Shown here: positions 46,173 to 53,061 of the stretch, in pieces
How positions within the stretch are numbered: position 1 is the stretch's first letter
Layout of the letters: every line of letters begins with the position of its first letter
From: a bacterium
GTDB lineage: Bacteria > Patescibacteriota > Saccharimonadia > Saccharimonadales > DATKHC01
Assembly (NCBI GenBank): GCA_021781215.1
Contig: JAJXXC010000002.1
Span: 83,371 to 147,370 of the forward strand
DNA: 64,000 nt
Direction: 5' to 3'
The notes under the pieces: model-generated
What the model saw: the letters and a program-made list of their open reading frames with translations, nothing else
What the model was told of the DNA's origin: nothing
Database searches by the model: none
Program-made: the position numbers and the translations under genes

Positions 46173-47417
46173 CTATATAAACGAGAACAAAAGATAGAAA
46201 TTGAAAACTCCTGAGCCTAGAAGCAAAAATCTCATTCCTCGGGACAATGAATTGTGATTTTTTCGATAGACTATCATGAACAATAGAAATAGTCCCGGTA
46301 GAAAATCAAGAGAATAGCGATAACCCAGCTGGTCCCTACCTATTCCATAAAAGCTTAGAACCGCCAAACAACTGACCAGGGTTGCAATTATTAAGTTTCT
46401 TGCACGCCTATCGTATGATGACCATTTTTGGCTAAATAAATATATTAAGTATGGCGAGGTAATAAACATGCTAATTCCATATGGGTTTTCTTTAATGTAA
46501 GGGAATTTTAGCATCCATGAACTACTATTTTTAAGCACTACTTGTGGCGCGCTTAAGAATGCTGCGAAGAAATTGGTAGGAATATGTACTAGACTAAATA
46601 CCCCATATGAACGCGCTACCTCAGAGCTTGGGTATAGTAATTGGTAGCCATAGCCCCCATTAAATGGGCTATGGAAACGACTGAAATTATATAGTCCAAT
46701 CAAGACAGTCGCCAATCCGACAGGGAGCCCTAACTTGATAAATTGCTCAATCTTTTTAAACACTGTTTTAAAACTCCTGGTTTGCCACAATTCTAACCCG
46801 TAAAAAATTAATATCGGTGCCGCTGTTCCGCGAGTCAAAAGAATTAAGCCACAAATTATTCCAATTAACCACCAACGTTTTTTATAATAAAATTCATATA
46901 GACTCCAAAATAACAAAAAAGTGGTTAATACTTGAGCAAATAACCAACTACTAGACACCGACGCTACACCTATAAATACGCTGCCTAATGTAAAACCAAG
47001 CGCCAAGATTACGCTATCTTCCTTAGAATATAATAAGACTCTGGCTAACTTAAATAAAAAGAATAGTACTCCTAGTAATAAAGCCCATTTTATATAGCCC
47101 TGATAAAAAAATAAGTGAAAAACATTAAATAAAGCTACGAACGGCATTAATAGAACTGCCGGCAGGGGACCTTCTCCCCAAAAAATTTTTCCATGATAAA
47201 GTATGGGATCCTCTCCGGGACCGCCTATAGATGAAAGAAAATTAAGTTGTCCGTGCAAAAAAGCTTTAGCCAGCTCTGAAAATTGCTGGCCTCCCTCATA
47301 GGCAAAACCAGTTGAAAATAGAAACAATAAGATTGTAGCTGGGACAGTAAGTATAATAATCTGTCTAAACGGGAATTTTCTCGTAGTTTCTAATAAATAT
47401 TCGATAAGTCTTCTCAT
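46173..47417 (-). CDS. polytopic membrane protein, GT-C/ArnT-like glycosyltransferase suspected
   Basis: A 414-aa ORF with more than 10 TM segments. The general layout resembles GT-C enzymes, but I could not verify a diagnostic motif. Confidence 0.4.
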   Translation of the reverse strand: MRRLIEYLLETTRKFPFRQIIILTVPATILLFLFSTGFAYEGGQQFSELAKAFLHGQLNFLSSIGGPGEDPILYHGKIFWGEGPLPAVLLMPFVALFNVFHLFFYQGYIKWALLLGVLFFLFKLARVLLYSKEDSVILALGFTLGSVFIGVASVSSSWLFAQVLTTFLLFWSLYEFYYKKRWWLIGIICGLILLTRGTAAPILIFYGLELWQTRSFKTVFKKIEQFIKLGLPVGLATVLIGLYNFSRFHSPFNGGYGYQLLYPSSEVARSYGVFSLVHIPTNFFAAFLSAPQVVLKNSSSWMLKFPYIKENPYGISMFITSPYLIYLFSQKWSSYDRRARNLIIATLVSCLAVLSFYGIGRDQLGYRYSLDFLPGLFLLFMIVYRKNHNSLSRGMRFLLLGSGVFNFYLLFSFI

Positions 47418-47560
47418 TTAACTTAATTATATTTTAAAAAGTTAAATAGTAATAAGAATTCTTTAATACATATTTTTTACCCAATTAAGTCGTTTTAGCC
47501 ATGAGAAGGATTTATTTTATTGAAATGAATACATTTTATGTTGTATTTACTGATAAGTTC

Positions 47561-47590
47561 TTGCTTGAATAGTTTTTAATAGGTTATAAT
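47561..47590 (+). promoter_or_regulatory. putative hsp20 promoter TTGCTT-N18-TATAAT with ~60-nt leader
   Basis: The sequence reads cTTGCTTgaatagtttttaataggtTATAAT. The leader ends in the SD GGAGGG 8 nt before ATG 47656. Confidence 0.45.
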
Positions 47591-47655
47591 TCGATTAAAC
47601 AAAAATCTCTAACATAATTGATAACCATAAAGACGCTAATCGGAGGGTAACAAAG

Positions 47656-48132
47656 ATGGCACGTAAACCAAGTGACGATTTGCTTATGGACGACGACGAA
47701 TTAACCGCTGCCTTTTTAGGTGACGATGATTTAAATCAACCACAAGTTGGTCAAAACGGCTCAGCCGTAATAACAGAAGAATGGGAAGAAGAGGATGAAA
47801 CAATTGTTCCCGGACAACTAGCAATTGACGTTTTTGAAACCAAAGAAAAACTAGTAGTTAAAGCTAGGACTGCTGGAGTTAATAAAAACGATCTAGATAT
47901 CAGTATAGCCGACAATTCTCTAACTATTCGCGGAACCCTTTCAGCCGGTAACGAAGAAGATGTGGTAAACTACTTTGTCCAAGAATGTTATTGGGGAGAA
48001 TTTTCTAGAAGCCTAGCATTGCCAGTACCAGTTAAAGAAGATGGCATTGAAGCAGTTTTAAAGGATGGTGTTTTGACTGTTAGCTTTGTAAAAGTAAAGC
48101 AAGAAACTGTCAAAAAGATTACAGTTCTTTAA
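47656..48132 (+). CDS. Hsp20/alpha-crystallin small heat-shock protein
   Basis: The alpha-crystallin domain is present: GQLAIDVFETKEKLVVKARTAGVNKNDLDISIADNSLTIRG...GVLTVSF. Confidence 0.9.
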   Translation: MARKPSDDLLMDDDELTAAFLGDDDLNQPQVGQNGSAVITEEWEEEDETIVPGQLAIDVFETKEKLVVKARTAGVNKNDLDISIADNSLTIRGTLSAGNEEDVVNYFVQECYWGEFSRSLALPVPVKEDGIEAVLKDGVLTVSFVKVKQETVKKITVL

Positions 48133-48153
48133 TAAACAAAAATCTTACTAAAT

Positions 48154-48190
48154 AAAAAATAGGTAGCTATTAAAAAACTACCTATTTTTT
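48154..48190. terminator. bidirectional intrinsic terminator between convergent hsp20 and the pilin operon
   Basis: Perfect 13-bp stem AAAAAATAGGTAG / CTACCTATTTTTT with an 11-nt loop. The A-tract and T-tract give a U-run on either strand. Confidence 0.7.
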
Positions 48191-48211
48191 ATTTAAGAAT
48201 TTGGCTAGTTA

Positions 48212-48628
48212 TTAAAGGTGAGACGCCTTATTAAGTACAAACTTAACAATAATTTGTGCCAAAGCAACTACAATCAATCCAACTATAGCAAAAAGAATAG
48301 TATCTTTTGCGCTTGAGGTCTTTTCTGAGCTACCACCTGAAGTGATATATTTTACTCCACCAATAATAATCATAATGACGGCAATTATTCCTACTATTGC
48401 AGAGAACAAGTTAAGTACTAATGCTATTGTGTTATCGACAGTATTACCAGCAGCGCTGCCACATGTCGAACTACCGCTTGATGATGTTATGCTTCCAATA
48501 TTTCCCGTAGCACCACTACAAAGCGCGCCTGTATCCGCAGCATTCGCGATAGCCGGTGACGCAAGTGGCAAGCCGAGAGCTACAACTAACATAACTCCTA
48601 TTAATATTGATTTAAATCTACTAATCAT
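48212..48628 (-). CDS. VirB2/TrbC-like T4SS pilin paralog 1
   Basis: Signal peptide (AIANA), a Cys-x18-Cys variable segment, then FSAIVGIIAVIMIIIGGVKYITSGGSSEKTSSAKDTILFAIVGLIVVALAQIIV (two TM helices with a basic loop). Confidence 0.75.
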   Translation of the reverse strand: MISRFKSILIGVMLVVALGLPLASPAIANAADTGALCSGATGNIGSITSSSGSSTCGSAAGNTVDNTIALVLNLFSAIVGIIAVIMIIIGGVKYITSGGSSEKTSSAKDTILFAIVGLIVVALAQIIVKFVLNKASHL

Positions 48629-48691
48629 TTTAAATTTATTTACCTTTCTTGTTTCTTATTTAATTACATAATACATAAAAAATGTTTTTAA

Positions 48692-49090
48692 TTAAAGCTT
48701 TTGTGCTTTGTGAATAACAAATTGAACTATTATTTGGGCTATGGCAACAATAACCAGACCGATGATAGCATATAGTATAGTATTCTTTGCCTCATTTGTT
48801 CTTTCTGAATTACCATTGGAAGTGATATATTTTACTCCACCAATAATAATCATAATGACGGCAACAATGCCAACAATTGCAGAGAATATATTTAAGACAA
48901 GCCCCAGGGTGCCATTGAGAGATTGCCCGGATGCTTTTAATGAGTTACAGCCACCATTACTTATCACAGAAACACCTTTGCAGGCTTCGGACTGAGACGT
49001 CGTGTTGGACGCATAGGCAACAATCGGTAGGGCAAGGATCATTGAAAATCCGATAATTGGTATTATAAGTGGCTTAAAAATGTTTCTCAT
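48692..49090 (-). CDS. VirB2/TrbC-like T4SS pilin paralog 2
   Basis: Signal peptide, Cys-x10-Cys, then FSAIVGIVAVIMIIIGGVKYITSNGNSERTNEAKNTILYAIIGLVIVAIAQIIV. Confidence 0.75.
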   Translation of the reverse strand: MRNIFKPLIIPIIGFSMILALPIVAYASNTTSQSEACKGVSVISNGGCNSLKASGQSLNGTLGLVLNIFSAIVGIVAVIMIIIGGVKYITSNGNSERTNEAKNTILYAIIGLVIVAIAQIIVQFVIHKAQKL

Positions 49091-49497
49091 GACACCCTGC
49101 TAATTATAAATCCAATTATTATTCTAGCTAGTGCTATAACTATTAATCCAACCGAGGCGTAGATAATAGTATTTCGTGCACTAGAGATTTTTTCTGGCTT
49201 ACCGCTCGAAGTTATCATCTGAAGACCTGCAACTATAATCATGATAACAGCTACGAAGCCAGCAATTGCAGTAATGATATTAATAACATCATTTAAAACA
49301 CCATTTGTACCAATAATTGGATTAGTGGTTTGAGTATCCTTACAAAATGCAGAACTACTAACGTTACTGCCGGCGGTTGCACCACCACTACAAATTGGCG
49401 ACAAAGCATTAACCCGACCAGCGCCAAGGGTTAAAAAAATACCTACTACAACCACAGAGATTATTAACGATCTAATTGTCATATATTTTATTTTCAT
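49087..49497 (-). CDS. VirB2/TrbC-like T4SS pilin paralog 3
   Basis: Signal peptide, Cys-x15-Cys, then ITAIAGFVAVIMIIVAGLQMITSSGKPEKISSARNTIIYASVGLIVIALARIII. A 4-nt overlap joins it to paralog 2. Confidence 0.75.
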   Translation of the reverse strand: MKIKYMTIRSLIISVVVVGIFLTLGAGRVNALSPICSGGATAGSNVSSSAFCKDTQTTNPIIGTNGVLNDVINIITAIAGFVAVIMIIVAGLQMITSSGKPEKISSARNTIIYASVGLIVIALARIIIGFIISRVS

Positions 49498-49871
49498 TAA
49501 ATGTACCCTGCCACAAAACTAACAATTGTTACCGCAAATACGCAAACGATAAGGCCTATGGCTGCATAGAGAATAGTGTCTTTAGCTTTGGCGACCTCTT
49601 CTGGCTTGCCACTCGATGTAATAAATTTAAACCCAGCTAGTACTATAATCAGTACAGATACTGCGCCGACTACACTAAAGACAATATTTAATATTATGGC
49701 TATGGTGCTGTGATTAGCACAAACCTGAGGCAAGCTACTATAGTCTATACCAGAGGTTCCCGTGCTTTGAGTAGAACAAACGGAGCTTGCGGCATATACG
49801 CTACCGCCAATAATCAACTGAGTAAAGGTTAGTACGCCTAGGGCAACTATTGCAAGTTTAGAAATCTTCAT
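49497..49871 (-). CDS. VirB2/TrbC-like T4SS pilin paralog 4
   Basis: Signal peptide (VYAAS), Cys-x18-Cys, then FSVVGAVSVLIIVLAGFKFITSSGKPEEVAKAKDTILYAAIGLIVCVFAVTIV. Confidence 0.75.
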   Translation of the reverse strand: MKISKLAIVALGVLTFTQLIIGGSVYAASSVCSTQSTGTSGIDYSSLPQVCANHSTIAIILNIVFSVVGAVSVLIIVLAGFKFITSSGKPEEVAKAKDTILYAAIGLIVCVFAVTIVSFVAGYI

Positions 49872-49873
49872 AT

Positions 49874-50257
49874 TTAACCTAGCCTATATCCCAACCAATT
49901 AACAAGCGATGCAGCAACGATAGTAATAACTAAACCAACAAGAGCATTAATGATGGTCCCTCTGGCATGCTTAGTATTTTCGGGCTCACCCTGACTGGTT
50001 ATGTACTGAACTCCCCCGATAATCACAAAAATAACAGCCACAAGGCCCCCAATAATAAGTAGCATGTCCAAGATTGCTAATAAGACTAGGAGCAAGTTAT
50101 CTGGAGGCCAAAAGGTAAATGAATTAAAATTACAAGATCCGTCAGGGTTAGGAGTGACTTTAATATACTTATACCAAACCGGTAGACCAAAAAAAGTTTG
50201 ATTCGGATCACACACGGCTGCGAAATTTTTTATTGGTAAAAGGATATTTTCTAACAT
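49874..50257 (-). CDS. VirB2/TrbC-like T4SS pilin paralog 5 (no classical signal peptide)
   Basis: Cys-x25-Cys segment, then LLIIGGLVAVIFVIIGGVQYITSQGEPENTKHARGTIINALVGLVITIVAASLV. The N-terminus MLENILLPIKNFAAV is not signal-like. Confidence 0.65.
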   Translation of the reverse strand: MLENILLPIKNFAAVCDPNQTFFGLPVWYKYIKVTPNPDGSCNFNSFTFWPPDNLLLVLLAILDMLLIIGGLVAVIFVIIGGVQYITSQGEPENTKHARGTIINALVGLVITIVAASLVNWLGYRLG

Positions 50258-50275
50258 AAACCTATTGTATCCTAA

Positions 50276-52420
50276 CTAAATCCCTCCGGGAATTATAAAG
50301 TTTAAGAAAGCGTACAGCAGGAAGTAGGCAGCAAAACCGAGTAGGGCATTAAGTATTCGTTTTCTGGCAGCTTTTACGGCCTCGGGATTATCTCTAGAGG
50401 TTGAATACTGAACCCCTCCTACCACCACAGAAATAACAACCACCAAGCTTACCGCCACATTTAAGAATTTTATTAACGGGTTTATGTACGCTGTAACCAA
50501 ACAATTTGATCCATTATTTGACTTACAGCCATTTGGATCTGGTGCCGTAGTCGAACCCGCTGATTGATTTCCTAAACTCGGCAGACGTAACAGGGGATTA
50601 TTATTCTCTGCAGCGGCTAGGCTAAGATTTGGATTGGTCGAACAATCGGACGGAGACTGCTGAACCCAACCCATTTGACTGGCGTATGTTCCTGATGGAA
50701 TTACTATCGCAGAATAGCACTGGTTAGACTTAAAACTAAATTTACCGGTAGATGTTGGTGAACCGTTATAAGCCTGATAGTTGGTATCGACCACAGGATC
50801 GATGGACTCAACGTTATATTCACTCGGATTAGCTCCTGGACCACACTCATAGGTATAGCCGGTATTGTAATCGTAGCAAACACTGCTTGGGGTTGTAGAT
50901 CCCGTAGGATTAATGGACGAAGGGGATCCTGAACAAGCAACATCTGTTGGGGAACAGATGGATGTACTTATATTAGAGATATAGGTATATCCAGGGAGCT
51001 GAGGATATCCCGGCAATTCTGCACCATTTTCGCTTGGCGTACTGCCAGGTTGAAATAAACAGTTCAAACCCTGGCCACCACTAGGCCAACCATTAGTCCA
51101 ACCCACCGGCGCACCGCTTGAACTAGTTTTTGCATAATAAATATATCCTTCAGAGTTAGAGTTTCCAATATCCAAGTTACTAAGCGACTTGCTGGAACTT
51201 TTATTTACCAATATGAAGGGAAAGAACGCAGCAGTAGAACCATTAAGGCACGAGTTGGTAGTAAGGATTTGCCAATTAGGACCGGTTTTATTAACGCCTT
51301 GACTCGCTAAGACAGCTGCAGATCGAGTAGAATCGGGCTCTATGAGCTCACTTCCGCCATTTAAAGTAACTACAGTATTCGATGAGGTCCACTGAAACAT
51401 AGAATATTCCATCTGAGAATTTAATTTTGAAAGTGTAATAGGATACCCAGATTCTAATGCAGTGTTAATCGACCTGCCATAAAAAGTTCCATTAGTTGGA
51501 ACCTGGTAGGTGTTATTATTTGAACCAAAATAACAAAAACCCTGATTGGCAAATGTTGGTAAAAGCTGAACATCTGCATAATGCCCTCCGTTCGAAGTTA
51601 TTGCTACAATTCCTCCCATACAAGCAGTATTAGTTCCGGGGATAGGTTTGCCTGGGTCGATGGATACTAGCTTGCTGGAATTAGACGCATTCTCGGTAGG
51701 TAGATACAGCGTGTCGCCATCGTTTATAAAACGTGGGCCAGATGTCGCAAATTGCCCAACCCCATCCGTTGTGTAATAGGTTTTTGTCAGAGAATCATAG
51801 ATTTCGGTTGGGGATATAAATTTAAGATTTCCGGCGTATGAACCAGTGTCACTACTTATAACCTTGTGTCCGCTCGTATTTAACCAAGAAGTGTTCACCG
51901 TGATTATAGGATTGATCGCACCAGATATGTGATTAATCGTATAATCTACATCTTGACCGTTAAATTCTTCAATCAACGTCGGCTGATACTGTGATCGGCT
52001 ACCCTGAATCAGTAGTGTCTTTGGACTGCTCGGGTTTCCCGACGCCCCAAACACCATAGTCAAGGGATTTAAAACAAAACTTTGGCATCTTGACCCTTGG
52101 CCACAATTAACTAAATCGTATCCATAGACTATGCCGGTACCACCATCCATGTTTGGATCGGCGGTGCCACTCGGACCATTCCAGTCAAAAAAAGCCGTGT
52201 AAGACGTGCCGGCTATTGTGACCACTAGCTTAACTTTTGCTCCGCCATCCGTATAGCTAAAGACATACGTCGCAGTTTTTGGATTAGCAAAGGGGGCTAA
52301 TGCATAAGTCTTATGATTGAAGTAATTACCAAAAAAAGGAAGGGTCAGCACCAAGAAGCCTACAAACACCGAGACTTGTAAGAACCTAATAATTTGTTTT
52401 TTTATGTTTAAATAACGCAT
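50276..52420 (-). CDS. 714-aa Cys-rich G/S/T/N/P-rich ectodomain fused to a C-terminal VirB2/TrbC-like pilin module
   Basis: N-terminal signal/anchor (FLQVSVFVGFLVLTLPFF), a ~620-aa ectodomain with about 14 Cys, and a C-terminal VAVSLVVVISVVVGGVQYSTSRDNPEAVKAARKRILNALLGFAAYFLLYAF that aligns with the five pilin paralogs. Confidence 0.75.
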   Translation of the reverse strand: MRYLNIKKQIIRFLQVSVFVGFLVLTLPFFGNYFNHKTYALAPFANPKTATYVFSYTDGGAKVKLVVTIAGTSYTAFFDWNGPSGTADPNMDGGTGIVYGYDLVNCGQGSRCQSFVLNPLTMVFGASGNPSSPKTLLIQGSRSQYQPTLIEEFNGQDVDYTINHISGAINPIITVNTSWLNTSGHKVISSDTGSYAGNLKFISPTEIYDSLTKTYYTTDGVGQFATSGPRFINDGDTLYLPTENASNSSKLVSIDPGKPIPGTNTACMGGIVAITSNGGHYADVQLLPTFANQGFCYFGSNNNTYQVPTNGTFYGRSINTALESGYPITLSKLNSQMEYSMFQWTSSNTVVTLNGGSELIEPDSTRSAAVLASQGVNKTGPNWQILTTNSCLNGSTAAFFPFILVNKSSSKSLSNLDIGNSNSEGYIYYAKTSSSGAPVGWTNGWPSGGQGLNCLFQPGSTPSENGAELPGYPQLPGYTYISNISTSICSPTDVACSGSPSSINPTGSTTPSSVCYDYNTGYTYECGPGANPSEYNVESIDPVVDTNYQAYNGSPTSTGKFSFKSNQCYSAIVIPSGTYASQMGWVQQSPSDCSTNPNLSLAAAENNNPLLRLPSLGNQSAGSTTAPDPNGCKSNNGSNCLVTAYINPLIKFLNVAVSLVVVISVVVGGVQYSTSRDNPEAVKAARKRILNALLGFAAYFLLYAFLNFIIPGGI

Positions 52421-52485
52421 TGATCGCTGCCGAATTTTATACTAGTCAGTATACTCGATAATTGTACCAAAGGCTAATGCTTATG

Positions 52486-52491
52486 TATAAT
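52486..52491 (+). promoter_or_regulatory. -10 hexamer TATAAT, 6 nt from ATG 52498, head of the plus-strand T4SS operon
   Basis: The sequence reads atgTATAATttggtcATG. It lies in the 77-bp divergent spacer 52421-52497. Confidence 0.5.
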
Positions 52492-52497
52492 TTGGTC

Positions 52498-52965
52498 ATG
52501 CCTCCAACTTACCCAGAACAAAATAATCTTTATACGCCCGACGCCACGTTTAGTTATAGCCAAAAAACTAAAAGTTTTTGGAGGCAAAGGTCAACTAGAA
52601 TAGAAATAGCTATAGCCTTTTTAGTAACCGTTGGCCTAGCAATTACCTTATTCGAATTACGTAGTAGCCCACAGTCTGTAGCTAAACAATTTGTTTCATA
52701 TATAACAAATCAGCCGGCCAGCAAATCCTATCAACTCACTAGCACAGATTTTCGAGCAGCAATATCTCTTGCGACCTGGCAAATTGATATAAATTCTATA
52801 AAAAACACTTGCTCGAATAAATTTACCTTGACTTCAAGTACGAAGAAGGCGTTAACGGCAAGAACACTATTCTCAACGAGTGGAGCAAATGGTAATTGTC
52901 ATATAGAAGTTGACTTAATTAATAATTCTAACAAATGGCTAGTTGATTCATTCGTCTCTTACTAA
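52498..52965 (+). CDS. small bitopic protein; possible NTF2-like (VirB8-analog) component
   Basis: One TM segment (IEIAIAFLVTVGLAITLF) plus a ~100-aa ectodomain ending NSNKWLVDSF. The track start at 52462 is a TTG, and the promoter geometry favours 52498. Confidence 0.5.
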   Translation: MPPTYPEQNNLYTPDATFSYSQKTKSFWRQRSTRIEIAIAFLVTVGLAITLFELRSSPQSVAKQFVSYITNQPASKSYQLTSTDFRAAISLATWQIDINSIKNTCSNKFTLTSSTKKALTARTLFSTSGANGNCHIEVDLINNSNKWLVDSFVSY

Positions 52966-53046
52966 TATTTATAGATTTATTAAAAAACTTTTTTATTTCA
53001 AATAGTTAACGCAATCTTTCATAGTCTATATCAAATATCTCTCTAA

Positions 53047-53055
53047 TGTTATTAT
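53047..53055 (+). promoter_or_regulatory. extended -10 TGtTATTAT, 6 nt from ATG 53062
   Basis: The sequence reads aaTGtTATTATaggttaATG. Confidence 0.5.
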
Positions 53056-53061
53056 AGGTTA

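Noticed and set aside
47591-47655. hsp20 5' UTR as an RNA thermometer, with UCUCU pairing to the GGAGG SD.
   Set aside because: Only a 5-nt G-U-rich complementarity was found by eye. That is not enough to claim a ROSE or fourU-type structure.
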